Shown: positions 23,612-33,583, numbered from the stretch's first letter. The stretch is 64,000 bases of DNA from an uncultured delta proteobacterium (GCA_963804165.1 CAWDPO010000010.1:192001-256000); one strand, 5' to 3'. The notes: generated by a model not told the origin, from the sequence alone. A program made the numbers and translations.

Positions 23612-23977
23612 CTAGCGTTTGCGGAGGGAAGCCGAAACCAATTTGACGACGCGTTGTGGTTTCTTGCCGGAACAGTCGCGCCCGCAATTCCAACACTCGG
23701 AGAACTGACCCTCAATCGTTTCGCCGCAACCGGTACAAAGCCAGGGCTTTTTTACCGACTGCAATGGCGCCAACGTCCTTCTGAGAACCCACTTTGCCCT
23801 CGCCACTTTCTCATCGTCAATCACCCAGAGCTCCGGCCAGCATTCGATGGGCGGCAGCTCCCCTGCGGCACTTATAAGATCGAGGTTCCTCGCGACGCAC
23901 CTGATGCCAAATGTCGCCAAGACATTCTTCAGATGGCCGATCATCAGAGGATCTTTGGCGCTATGAATGCGCTTCAT
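23612..23977 (-). CDS. DUF2007-like putative signal-transducing protein with C-terminal Zn ribbon
   Basis: HLKNVLATFGI, GELPPIECWPELWV, WLCTGCGETIEGQFSECWNCG. Confidence 0.8.
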   Translation of the reverse strand: MKRIHSAKDPLMIGHLKNVLATFGIRCVARNLDLISAAGELPPIECWPELWVIDDEKVARAKWVLRRTLAPLQSVKKPWLCTGCGETIEGQFSECWNCGRDCSGKKPQRVVKLVSASLRKR

Positions 23978-23995
23978 GCGGCGATGACGACGAGC

Positions 23996-24340
23996 CTATT
24001 CACTACGCCGCAGCACTCCCTCATTCAATTTTAACTTTTCGCCGAGCCAAAGAGAGCGTATTAAATGATCTCCGTGACCGTCGCCGGTGGAGGGATGCAC
24101 GAGCACGGATAAGCCTTCGCGGTGAAGCATCAGCCACGGCACGACTTTGCCGAACTCCTCCGGTGCAAACACCGCCTGATACATCGCGTCGAGATGCGGT
24201 CCGACCGGCTCATCATGCCATCGGCCAAGCTGGACGTTGAAAGCCGTCAATCCTACGCGCACTCGCGCCGCAGCGTCCCGGGTCGTTGCCGGATTATAAT
24301 AGATATGGGCATGGTAGCCCTTAATCACGCGCTCGCTCAT
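23996..24340 (-). CDS. DOPA 4,5-dioxygenase family protein
   Basis: YHAHIYY, PVGPH, VPWLMLHREGLSVLVHP, DH...WLG. Confidence 0.9.
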   Translation of the reverse strand: MSERVIKGYHAHIYYNPATTRDAAARVRVGLTAFNVQLGRWHDEPVGPHLDAMYQAVFAPEEFGKVVPWLMLHREGLSVLVHPSTGDGHGDHLIRSLWLGEKLKLNEGVLRRSE

Positions 24341-24510
24341 AGTACACCTCTCTTGGAGGACTACCTCTTATTATCAAATCTGACTTGGGGAAGCCAAGTC
24401 AAGATAACGTTTGCGGGAAAAAAGAAAAACGAGTCACGACCGAAGCGTGGATTAAAGGCCCTTGCATCAAGAAAACTCGTGCAAGTAAACGCCAAGGAAA
24501 GATTTAACGA

Positions 24511-24705
24511 TTAAGAATTGGCGGGCTCAGCCGAGATTTCATCGGGAAAGAGATATTCGTAACCGGCCTGTCCGAAGTTGACCAAGATTAGTTGGCGCCC
24601 CATATTTTCAACCATCCTGACGAAAGTGCCTTCGCGTGGTAGCAGTACTCCCGTCTTTTGCGATCTGATGGGTTTACTGGTTTTCAATAGGTCTCCAGGG
24701 CTCAT
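24511..24705 (-). CDS. 64-aa hypothetical microprotein (SH3/KOW-like pattern)
   Basis: ATG at 24705 preceded by RBS GGAGGAG; MSPGDLLKT...EGTFVRMVENMGRQLILVNFGQAGYEYLFPDEI. Confidence 0.7.
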   Translation of the reverse strand: MSPGDLLKTSKPIRSQKTGVLLPREGTFVRMVENMGRQLILVNFGQAGYEYLFPDEISAEPANS

Positions 24706-24822
24706 TGTATCTCCTCCCCGTGGGTTTACGCGTTGCATTGCTAAAATCTCATCGGTTGAATGTCGTCTCCTGTTCTAACTATCTATGCCTCACTCTTTAG
24801 ACGTCCGGCGTCAGTAAAAGAA

Positions 24823-24839
24823 TGCAAGGGCAAGACCAA
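24823..24839 (-). promoter_or_regulatory. Sigma54 (-24/-12) promoter for the 64-aa microprotein
   Basis: Minus strand TTGGTCTTGCCCTTGCA: GG-N10-GC with TTGCA. Confidence 0.6.
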
Positions 24840-25380
24840 AGAAAAATTGTTCCAATAACAGCTCAGATTCACGACTATTACTTTTTCGGTTTCAAGCGCT
24901 CTCGGCGATGAAAACATTTTGAAAACAAAGGTGTTTTTAACTTTTCTCATTGATGCACACGGATTACTTGCGGTCTACTCAAGTCTCTCCAAAGTGCCGT
25001 TTTATTCGACTTTGCCAAAAAAGAAGGCAGCAGGAAGCGACGCTTGACGTTCGGTCAGCTGACAAAATGTCGACTTTTTCTTCTAATCTTGGACGAAAAT
25101 GTCATCCATCGAAACCATAAGTCACGGCTAGAAAACCCAACAATCCGCAGAACAAATCGAACTGCGAACTTCAGGTTCTCCTTCGTGCTGCAAAACTGGC
25201 GCATGCATGGAGAGATCACTTTCGACGGTCATTACCGACACCGAACCGACAAAGGCAACATGAAAAATCGAGTATTCGAGAGTTGGGAAAAAAGATACTT
25301 AGCGCCAGCAGACTTATTTGCGGAGTGAAGAACAACCGACGCATCAAATGCGTTATCGAGACCGGTCAACTAGCAACCAT

Positions 25381-25614
25381 TCAATTTCTGGCGCGCGTCG
25401 AAGTCGGGCTATTTTCATTCGGCGTTTTCAAACACTGCGGGCAGACCCGATCGCGGCCTTTGAACCATCCTTTAAGAAAGTGGCGTCTGCAAACGATCTT
25501 GCCACACTGAGAACACTTTCCGCCGTGGAGTTCAGAAAAATTATGGCCATATATAGCACAGGTGAAGGGAATGATGCACGAAAAAACTCGTTCATGCCGT
25601 AAAAAATTATTCAA
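25381..25614 (-). CDS. Small Cys-rich putative zinc-finger protein
   Basis: FTCAIYG...GGKCSQCGKIVCRRH...VCPQC; start uncertain. Confidence 0.45.
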   Translation of the reverse strand: MNNFLRHERVFSCIIPFTCAIYGHNFSELHGGKCSQCGKIVCRRHFLKGWFKGRDRVCPQCLKTPNENSPTSTRARN

Positions 25615-26054
25615 CGTGCAATGGAAGGTCTAGTAGAAAAGAGTCTCGCATTCGTCGATGCTGTGTTGAGCCTAGAAAATCGTCGAGAGAAAAAGACAAA
25701 ATCATCCATTCGCGATGGCTTCAACAACTTTCCCTTGCGGTTTCATGACCACGAGCCGTTTGACCGCGCGGTGAATCAATGCTCCAAGAAGAACTCTGCG
25801 CAGCCGCCGGATTCCGGCACGGCAATAGCTTGTCTTAGGTAAACGAATAATCCACGTAGAAAATTGGACTCGAAGAGGGTTGGAAACATCGACGGAACCT
25901 GTGTTCGGACAAAAACAATAGCGACACCAACAATCGCAAGAAGGATCACCCAAGTTCCGATACGCTCAAGGAGCGGCTCCGTTTTGCACCGTCATTCATA
26001 CGCTGGCCAGTATCGTTGCTTCGGGAAAGATATCTTCGGATTATATTTCAACCG

Positions 26055-27086
26055 CTATTTCCCTCCATAAACCTTCTCAAAAAACCCTTCGCTGTCGAGT
26101 TTCTTGAGCCAGCTGTTGTCGACGATCTCTTCGACTTTAACCGCCGCGGCTTTGGGATTTTGTTCGGCCACGTATTTAATGACGATTTTGAAACCTTCAA
26201 GGGATGGATAGGGTTTGCGGTCGAGCTCTTCCTGGGCTTCGAGATAAAAGTCTTCGGCAGCGTCCATGTTGGCGAGCCGCAGATTGCGCGCGAGAACTTC
26301 CTTCACCGCTTGCTTGTTTTCTTTTTTGAAGATGTATCCGTACGCCTCGATGGTCGCGCGGGTGAAGCCGTCGATGGTTTTGGGATTGGCCGCGGCGTAG
26401 TCTTTTTTGATCGTCAGACCGGTATTCTGGTAAGGAATCTTTGACTGCACCATGTTGAGCAGCGGGTAATATCCCTTGCCGACCATGACTTTCGTTGCGA
26501 CGCGCTGGAGCATGCCGGCGTCGATGGCCTTGGTTTCCAGCGCCGCCATGCGGTCCGGATCGACACCGGTCTGAATGAGAGTGATCTTATCCCGCTTTAG
26601 ATCGAGTTTAAGATGCTCAAGAGCGATCAAAGCCGAAATATGCGACGAACCGCCGAAGCGCGCTGTCCCGATACGCTTTCCCTTGAGGTCTTCGGCGCGG
26701 CGCAGGTTCGGTTGAGTGACCACGGTGAAGGGTGATGTGTTGCTCAGGCCGAGAAAAAAGCTCATCTTCTCGCCCGTGGCCGCAAGATTGACCAACGAAG
26801 CCGGCGCGTTGGCAGTCATTTGCAATTCACCGGAGGCAAACATCTGGGCGACCAGCGAGCCGCTATTGACCAGGATCAACTGCACGTCGAGCCCGTACTT
26901 TTCATAGAGTTTCTTATCCTTACCGACGTATAGCGGCGCCATGTGCGGTGTCGGTGTCGAGAGCGCCACACGGACCTGCTGCAGCTTTTGCGCCCAACTC
27001 GGCTGCGCGACGAGAAGCGCTACCAGGAAAGGCACAAAAGGAAAAATGACAATCACCTTTTTCACTAAGATAACCTCCAAAGACAT
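26055..27086 (-). CDS. ABC transporter substrate-binding protein, NitT/TauT (SsuA/THI5-like)
   Basis: Signal peptide, YEKYGLDVQLI, DLKGKRIG...GGSS; no cognate permease or ATPase nearby. Confidence 0.85.
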   Translation of the reverse strand: MSLEVILVKKVIVIFPFVPFLVALLVAQPSWAQKLQQVRVALSTPTPHMAPLYVGKDKKLYEKYGLDVQLILVNSGSLVAQMFASGELQMTANAPASLVNLAATGEKMSFFLGLSNTSPFTVVTQPNLRRAEDLKGKRIGTARFGGSSHISALIALEHLKLDLKRDKITLIQTGVDPDRMAALETKAIDAGMLQRVATKVMVGKGYYPLLNMVQSKIPYQNTGLTIKKDYAAANPKTIDGFTRATIEAYGYIFKKENKQAVKEVLARNLRLANMDAAEDFYLEAQEELDRKPYPSLEGFKIVIKYVAEQNPKAAAVKVEEIVDNSWLKKLDSEGFFEKVYGGK

Positions 27087-27156
27087 TATTCACCGGGCAA
27101 CAATTTTACGGAGTGTAACCGAAAGGAAGATATTGAGGCAACCTGGACCGGTCAGC

Positions 27157-30100
27157 TCAAGCGGCAACCTTGCGGACCGGCCATTGTCTGAGTATCAAAT
27201 CAGCCAGGAATAGAATCAGCCCAGCGCATGCCAACGGCCACCAGATGTCGCGTCCCTGGGTGGCCTTGCCGGGCGTCGGCTTATAGAGGCGTTCGAGACC
27301 ACGATCGAATTTTTCCGGATCGAGCATTTCGCCGCCGGTTTCTTCAGCGAGCCGGCTAAGCAACGCGAAATTGGGTTTGAGTTCGCGATACTCCTTTGGA
27401 TATGGCGAAATGTACGGAACCGTAGCCACGGGAATCGGCGCTTCCGCGCCGTTGCCTTCGGCAAACACCGTCACGAAGTGAATGCCGCGCACCGGCGTAA
27501 ACTTGCCTTCATATCGGCCAGGAGCGGTCTGCTGCAAGGCTTGTTCTTGGCTGGCCTGATTGGGCGTCGTGACATTGGCCTTGAGTTTAAGAAAATTTAG
27601 AAACTTGCCGTCGCGCGCAACCATGTCGGTGACGACTTTGATCGAATCGCCGTCGCTGTGAAAATCTGTGCGCACTCTGGTGTCAAGCATCTTACGCATG
27701 GTGTCGCGGGCGACTTGGCTGGCCCACTGCGGAAACCCCTGCCATGCAACCCAATCTCTACCCCACCGCCCGCTCAAGTCCGAAGTAAATGCCATGACCC
27801 GGCCAACTCCATAGCGCCAGGCCACCAGCAGAGGATCCTTCTCGACCCGCATCAACAACTCCGCGCGCGCTTTCGGATAGGTAAGGACATATCCCCGCAG
27901 TCCCGGCAGATTGTTTTGCGCCACTCCTTTAAGCGGGCCAGTAGACGCCACGATGCTCGGCACCACCGGTTTTTCGATCAGCAGATCGCGCGAAATCAGC
28001 AGCGTCTCAGTGGTGAAAATTTGCGGGATCGTTTGCGGATCGAGAGCCACATAACCACGCCCCCTGCCGTCCTTGGCGATATCGGCCATCAGCTGCACGT
28101 CGGCGTCGCTGCCGACCGATACGGTCGATACCGTGATGCCGTCGCGCGCCATGCGCGCCGCGAGCGAATGAAAGTCTGCCTTGTCCGTCAGCCCGTCGGA
28201 CAGCACGATCACGTGTTTGATCGCCGCCTGCTTGGCGGCGATGCCACGGTGCGCTTCGAGCATCGCTTTATAGAGATCCGTGCCACCGTCGGATTCCAGA
28301 GACGACAGCCGTTCGGAAATCCACTCGCCCTTGCCGACTTGCCGGAACGGCAAAGTCCAGTCCCAACTGGCGTCGAAGGCGAGAATACCGACCTGATCGG
28401 TCGGATTCATGATATCGGCGGCCGCGATCGCCGCAGCCTTGGCGAGATCGAGCTTGGTGCTGCCTTCCCCGCCGGCGCCCATACTGCCGGACTTATCAAG
28501 CACGAAAAGCAATGCCACATGGGGCATCTCCAGCCGCGCCGGTGGGCGCATGTCGACGGGAAGAATCCGCTCCAACGGCGTGCGGAAATAGCCGCCGGCA
28601 CCGTAACTCTGGGAGCCGCCGATGACGAGCAAGCCGCCGCCCAGGTCTCGGACGTATTTTTCGATCGTCTCCATCTTGGCGTGGGAGAGCTGAAACGCGG
28701 GAACGTTGTCGAGCACCAGAAGATCGTAGGCCGACAGCTCGGACAAGGTGAGCGGGTGCGCCGACGGCGAGGCTTCGACCACGGCGTAACCTTGAACTCG
28801 CAGCACCTTGGAGATCGCCTGCTGACTTTCCGCCTGGCCGGATAGCACGAGCACCCGCGGCGGTCCTTTCACGGCGATCACCCCCTGCAATAAGTTGTTC
28901 TCCGCCAGAGTATCGTCCGGCGACTCGACGAGCAGCTCGTAAGCGTGGTTGCCGCGCTCGGTGAGGCTATCGTGAAACGTCACCGGGTTGCTGCCCGCCT
29001 TTAAGCGCAACTCCCGCTGTGCATGCAGAACGCCGTCGCGCAGCAAACGAATCCGCGCCGGTGCTTCGCTCAAGCTCTCGATCGAACCGCGAATTTCATA
29101 TCCTTCAGCGCTGTCGACCTGGCGCGGCAGGGTCAGATCGCTGAGAAAAACTTCATTGCGGCCGCGCGACAGGCTCACCGGCAGCGTCCAAACCTGCACT
29201 CCCTGGGTGCGCAAGAGCGGAACGACCCGCGACGTTTCGCCGCGATTTTCATTGCCGTCCGAAATCAGCAGAATTTTCCCCTGGCGCCCCTCGCCGACCT
29301 GGGCCACGGCGGCTTGCAGCGCGGCTTGAATGTCGGTTTCGTCGCGGTCGAGGCGTGCGCTAAACTCACCCGCTGGAATCCCCTCGCGAGGCAAGGACTC
29401 CCATTCGGGCGTGCTGCCGAATGTCAGCAGTCCAGTGCGCGCGTTTGGATTCTTGGAGCGCGCGGCAGTGGCAAGGATTTCACGCGCTTTCTCACGCCCG
29501 TCTTGGCCGACACTGCGCGACAAATCGACCCCCAGGATCACGTCCAGAGCGGTCGTCGAGTTAAATACCCGCGGATTGAACAATGCGAAGGCAAAAGCTG
29601 CCAAAGCCGTGCCGCGAAAAATAATCGGATAAATCGGCAATCCCTGGCGGAACGCCAAAAATAGCTCGACTGCGAGCACGAGCAGGACCGCGACTAGAAG
29701 CATGGGCCAAAGCGGCAAGCCAGCGTCGATGGTCGCATTATCCGCTTCGCCGTTGTTCCCCGCCGCGCTGAGTTTCGCTCGCGGCATGATTTGCGACTCG
29801 TTTTCGTCGAAGAGATTGACCGCGAAACGGCCGTCGCGATGGGTGCTTTTGAAGCTGTAAAGACCGGCCTGGAAAGTATCGGCAAAAATCACCGGGCTGG
29901 CGGTGGAATTCAAAACTTCCTTCTTGCCGCCGGGCAAAGTGACTTCCAGCGCGCCATCACTATGCGGCAAACGCAACGCGATGGGAGCGCCGGCCTGTGT
30001 GGTCTGACCGGGGAATTCGAGGCGCTGAGGTTGAAACCATTCGAGCGCATTGTGAAAGAGAACGGGAAAAGCCACGCGTAGCGGCAAATCCGAGGCCATC

Positions 30101-31485
30101 AGATCAAAGCCGATAAACAGCACCCGGAGCTTACCCTTCTCCAACACGTAAAGCAGCGGGCTGTGCTCGGCGTGGGCGAGCGTGACACCTTCGCCACCCA
30201 CGCCCACACGCAAGGCTTCGTTCATCCTGAGATCTCCGAGATTCAGGCCATCGGTCAACGGATGCTTTGCCAGCGGCGCAACGATTCGCGGATTTTGAAC
30301 TTTACCCAGGAGCCGGATCGGCAAATTCGGCGCGACAGTACCAATCAAAATATAGTTGCCTGGCGGCAGCGTGGGCGGCGCTACACGATCGAAGATGACG
30401 ACGTCGAACGGCTGCCCCGACGGCGCGATGGACTCGTCCCAACGGGTCGCGGTGGTCAGTTGAACATTGGCAAAAAAGCGTAAGAGCTGGCTCAGATAAG
30501 GATTGCCCGCCCCGATATAAAGGACGCGCACCGGTGGCAAATCGCTGAGCACCAAGTAAGCTTGATTGTCGGTCGCAAAATCATCGTCCACTTCCAAACG
30601 CGCGACCAAGATTCCATTGAGGCTGCCGTCGTACGGATAGATGAGCACGCGCCGGTCATCGGCACCGACTTCGATGGTTTCCCGTTTCAGGATATTCTCC
30701 CCCGTCGTTAATACGAGCGGCACGCGCACCGCTTTCGCAGTAAAATTCCTGACGTGCACCATGATCTCAGCCGAAGCCGGCTGCTCGGGATGGCGCCGCA
30801 CCTCGAAACCGACGATGGCGATGTTGTCCGTGCCGCCGGCGACGTTAACGAAACGATAATGTGCGGCGGCCTTGATAAATTCTTCGGCGCCGTTGAAGGC
30901 GCTGTCGCTGATCACCACGACCTGATCTGAGCTGTCGCGCTTAAGGAACGCGTGGGCGAAAAGAATCGCGTCCTTGACCCGTCCCGGCGCGTCCGTGGCT
31001 TCAAGATCGCGCGCCAGTTCCCTCAATCTTCGTTTATCGCCGGTGAAGGGAACCAGCAGCCGCGGCTGCGCACCAGCGCCGATGACCATCATTTTTTGAC
31101 TCCCCCGGAGTTCGTCGACAAGAGCGAGAAACTGCCGCCGCGCGGCGTCGAAGCGCGACCCGCTCTTGCCTTTGGCCTTCATGCTGGCGCTCAAGTCCAA
31201 GACCGCGACCACGTCGCCGGACGTAGAGCCGAAATTACGCAATGAAGGATCGGCAAGGGCCACGATCAACGCCACCGCCGCAAGGATTTGCAGAATTAAG
31301 AGAAGATTGTTGCGCAAAAGCCAGCCCAGACGAGTGCCCAGCGGGCGTTCTCTCAGGACGCGCTCCCAGAGGAACATCGTCGTCGTGCCGATCTTCAGTC
31401 CTCTCGGCTTAAGGCTGTGCAAAAACAGGATGAGCGGAATCGCCCCGGCGAGCAATAACAATGCGTATGGAAGACCCCACAACAT
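27157..31485 (-). CDS. Giant membrane vWA protein: BatA-like N-terminus, vWA, Ig-like, GATase-like, TM, vWA, Ig-like, GATase-like, vWA, C-terminal TM
   Basis: LLLLAGAIPLILFLH (BatA-like); three MIDAS motifs DLSASM, DLSRSV, DKSGSM; ISDG/LSDG; YVRDLGGGLLVIGG. Confidence 0.85.
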   Translation of the reverse strand: MLWGLPYALLLLAGAIPLILFLHSLKPRGLKIGTTTMFLWERVLRERPLGTRLGWLLRNNLLLILQILAAVALIVALADPSLRNFGSTSGDVVAVLDLSASMKAKGKSGSRFDAARRQFLALVDELRGSQKMMVIGAGAQPRLLVPFTGDKRRLRELARDLEATDAPGRVKDAILFAHAFLKRDSSDQVVVISDSAFNGAEEFIKAAAHYRFVNVAGGTDNIAIVGFEVRRHPEQPASAEIMVHVRNFTAKAVRVPLVLTTGENILKRETIEVGADDRRVLIYPYDGSLNGILVARLEVDDDFATDNQAYLVLSDLPPVRVLYIGAGNPYLSQLLRFFANVQLTTATRWDESIAPSGQPFDVVIFDRVAPPTLPPGNYILIGTVAPNLPIRLLGKVQNPRIVAPLAKHPLTDGLNLGDLRMNEALRVGVGGEGVTLAHAEHSPLLYVLEKGKLRVLFIGFDLMASDLPLRVAFPVLFHNALEWFQPQRLEFPGQTTQAGAPIALRLPHSDGALEVTLPGGKKEVLNSTASPVIFADTFQAGLYSFKSTHRDGRFAVNLFDENESQIMPRAKLSAAGNNGEADNATIDAGLPLWPMLLVAVLLVLAVELFLAFRQGLPIYPIIFRGTALAAFAFALFNPRVFNSTTALDVILGVDLSRSVGQDGREKAREILATAARSKNPNARTGLLTFGSTPEWESLPREGIPAGEFSARLDRDETDIQAALQAAVAQVGEGRQGKILLISDGNENRGETSRVVPLLRTQGVQVWTLPVSLSRGRNEVFLSDLTLPRQVDSAEGYEIRGSIESLSEAPARIRLLRDGVLHAQRELRLKAGSNPVTFHDSLTERGNHAYELLVESPDDTLAENNLLQGVIAVKGPPRVLVLSGQAESQQAISKVLRVQGYAVVEASPSAHPLTLSELSAYDLLVLDNVPAFQLSHAKMETIEKYVRDLGGGLLVIGGSQSYGAGGYFRTPLERILPVDMRPPARLEMPHVALLFVLDKSGSMGAGGEGSTKLDLAKAAAIAAADIMNPTDQVGILAFDASWDWTLPFRQVGKGEWISERLSSLESDGGTDLYKAMLEAHRGIAAKQAAIKHVIVLSDGLTDKADFHSLAARMARDGITVSTVSVGSDADVQLMADIAKDGRGRGYVALDPQTIPQIFTTETLLISRDLLIEKPVVPSIVASTGPLKGVAQNNLPGLRGYVLTYPKARAELLMRVEKDPLLVAWRYGVGRVMAFTSDLSGRWGRDWVAWQGFPQWASQVARDTMRKMLDTRVRTDFHSDGDSIKVVTDMVARDGKFLNFLKLKANVTTPNQASQEQALQQTAPGRYEGKFTPVRGIHFVTVFAEGNGAEAPIPVATVPYISPYPKEYRELKPNFALLSRLAEETGGEMLDPEKFDRGLERLYKPTPGKATQGRDIWWPLACAGLILFLADLILRQWPVRKVAA

Positions 31486-31488
31486 GAC

Positions 31489-32547
31489 TCAGGCTACGCT
31501 GCTCACCTGACGAAGCGTTTGCAAGACAAATTCGTCGAACGGCACCTGCGTCGACGTGCGCAGATAATCGATCTGCCGGCTCGCGCAAACGGCTTCAATT
31601 TCCTTGCAGTAACGGTCCAATTCCGCCTGAAAGCGCCGCACTAGATCCGCGTCGAGAAAAAACTTGCGTTCGCGGCCGCCTTCGACGTCGACCAGCGCGA
31701 TGTCGCCCCACGGCTTCGGCTGGGTCTCGCGTTCCTCGACCACGTGGATGACCAGGAGTTGGTATCTTTTGGCGGACAATTCTTCCAATGCCGCGCGCCA
31801 ACCGGCGGGATCGAACAAGTCGCTGACAATGACCACGAAACCGGGATGCGGGAACAATTTTGTAAATGAATGAATCGCCGCACGCAGATTGGTCTCGCCG
31901 CTACAGGAAAGCTTGCCGAGGAAGTGGAACAAGCTGAGTACTTGCTTTCTTCCTCGCCCGAGCGTCAACGGCGCTTGCAGATGCGTCGAAAACGACGCGC
32001 CGCCGACACGATCGAGGTTTTTGAGACCGATATAGCCCAGGGCAGCGGCGACCTTTTTAGCGTAGTCGATCTTCGCCGGCGCGCCCTCGGCCATCGACCG
32101 GCTGGTGTCGATCAGCAGATAAATGTTCATTTCTTCTTCCGCCGTGAACACCTTCAAGAGCAACCGGTCCAGACGCCGGTAAATATTCCAGTCGACGTAG
32201 CGTAAATCATCGCCGTGCTGGTAGCGGCGGTAATCCGAGAACTCCAGACTAAACCCCTTGCGCGAAGCGGCATGCTCGCCCTTGGCACCCGCCCAACTCA
32301 AGCGTTTGGCGACGAGATGAAGGCGTTCGAGCTTGCGCAGGAACTCGGTGTCGAAGAAGGTCTCGGGTCTCGGGTCTCGGGTCTCGCGTTGGCTGGTCGC
32401 AAATTGTTCAGCTAAGGCTTTACTGCCCGCGGCATTGGAACGGCCCGAGTTGTCATCCCGAGCAAACCGAGGGATCTTTCCCCAAGCACTGCGCAGGATC
32501 CGTGGATATAAATCGCTGATCCACGCCGGTGTGAACCCGAAACCCAT
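31489..32547 (-). CDS. DUF58 (vWA-like MoxR partner) protein with a repeat-derived N-terminal extension
   Basis: GFSLEFSDYRRYQHGDDLRYVDWN, IDTSRSM, IVSDL; AGGAG RBS overlapping the moxR stop before the ATG at 32547. Confidence 0.92.
   Translation of the reverse strand: MGFGFTPAWISDLYPRILRSAWGKIPRFARDDNSGRSNAAGSKALAEQFATSQRETRDPRPETFFDTEFLRKLERLHLVAKRLSWAGAKGEHAASRKGFSLEFSDYRRYQHGDDLRYVDWNIYRRLDRLLLKVFTAEEEMNIYLLIDTSRSMAEGAPAKIDYAKKVAAALGYIGLKNLDRVGGASFSTHLQAPLTLGRGRKQVLSLFHFLGKLSCSGETNLRAAIHSFTKLFPHPGFVVIVSDLFDPAGWRAALEELSAKRYQLLVIHVVEERETQPKPWGDIALVDVEGGRERKFFLDADLVRRFQAELDRYCKEIEAVCASRQIDYLRTSTQVPFDEFVLQTLRQVSSVA
32359..32386. repeat. Perfect 4x heptamer tandem repeat (GGTCTCG)4 inside the DUF58 CDS
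   Basis: ggtctcg ggtctcg ggtctcg ggtctcg, encoding RETRDPRPET. Confidence 0.9.
32451..32477. repeat. REP-like palindrome inside the DUF58 CDS
   Basis: TGTCATCCCGAGCAAACCGAGGGATCT, translated on the minus strand as KIPRFARDD. Confidence 0.6.
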
Positions 32548-32555
32548 TTCCGCTC

Positions 32556-33563
32556 CTATTCGACCTCGGCAACCTGCGCGGCTACTTCGGTCAATATTTT
32601 TTCGGCGTTGACTCCTTCGGCGTCGGCTTCGAGATTGAGAATCAAGCGATGGCGCAAGCTTGGCAGCAACAGACTACGAATATCTTCGAACGAAACATTG
32701 GGTCGCCCAGCCAGAAGCGCGCGCGCTTTCGCGGCCAAAATCAAGCTCTGCAGTCCGCGCGGGCTCGAGCCATAGAGCACGAAGCGCTGCGCCAAGCCGC
32801 CCGCTCCGTTGCCCTGCCTTTGCTGAGGGTGGGTGCTCATGACCAAGCGCACGGCGTAATCTTTCACCACCTCGGCGAGCGGCACTTCTCTGACCCACTG
32901 GCGCATTTGCAAAATCCCCGTATCATCCAGGACCTCGCGCAGCGCCGACGGCGGCGCCGCCGTCGTGAGATCGGCGATCCTGCCGAGCTCGGCGCGGCTG
33001 GGAAACTGCAGCAGTAACTTGAAAAAAAACCGGTCCACCTGGGCTTCGGGCAACGGGTAGGTGCCCTCCATTTCAATGGGATTTTGTGTCGCCAACACCA
33101 TGAACGGATTATCCAAACGATGAACCTTGCCGCCCACCGTGACGCTCTGCTCCTGCATCGCTTCCAACAGCGCCGATTGTGTCTTCGGCGTCGCGCGATT
33201 GATCTCATCGGCGAGCACGATGTGGGCGAACACCGGGCCGCGTTGGAACTCGAAAACTTTGCGCCCCGAAGGATCGTCGGTGAGCATGTTCGTGCCGGTG
33301 ATATCCGCGGGCATCAGATCGGGAGTAAACTGCACTCGCGAAAAGCTCAGGTTCAGACACTCGCCGAGGCTGCGCACCATCAGCGTTTTGCCCAATCCCG
33401 GCACGCCCTCGAGCAAACAATGGCCGCCGCATACGAGGGCAATAAACACGTGTTCGATCAATTCTTCGTGGCCGACGATGACGCGAGCCATTTCGCCGCG
33501 CAGCTCATCAAAAGTGCGTCGAGCGCTGATGATGCGCTGTTCAATTTCCCCTACGGATTGCAT
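32556..33563 (-). CDS. moxR: MoxR family AAA+ ATPase
   Basis: LEGVPGLGKT, RVQFTPDLMPADITG, LADEINRATPKTQSALLEAMQE, ATQNPIEMEGTYPLPEAQVDRF; start at ATG 33563 (GGGAG RBS), not 33653. Confidence 0.96.
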   Translation of the reverse strand: MQSVGEIEQRIISARRTFDELRGEMARVIVGHEELIEHVFIALVCGGHCLLEGVPGLGKTLMVRSLGECLNLSFSRVQFTPDLMPADITGTNMLTDDPSGRKVFEFQRGPVFAHIVLADEINRATPKTQSALLEAMQEQSVTVGGKVHRLDNPFMVLATQNPIEMEGTYPLPEAQVDRFFFKLLLQFPSRAELGRIADLTTAAPPSALREVLDDTGILQMRQWVREVPLAEVVKDYAVRLVMSTHPQQRQGNGAGGLAQRFVLYGSSPRGLQSLILAAKARALLAGRPNVSFEDIRSLLLPSLRHRLILNLEADAEGVNAEKILTEVAAQVAEVE

Positions 33564-33583
33564 ATGCGACTCCCAGGACCTGA

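Noticed and set aside
27658-28845. 395-aa plus-strand ORF (likewise 39732-40757, 50767-51846, 17932-18732 and many shorter ones)
   Set aside because: Antisense shadows of well-supported genes in GC-rich DNA, with no recognisable motifs
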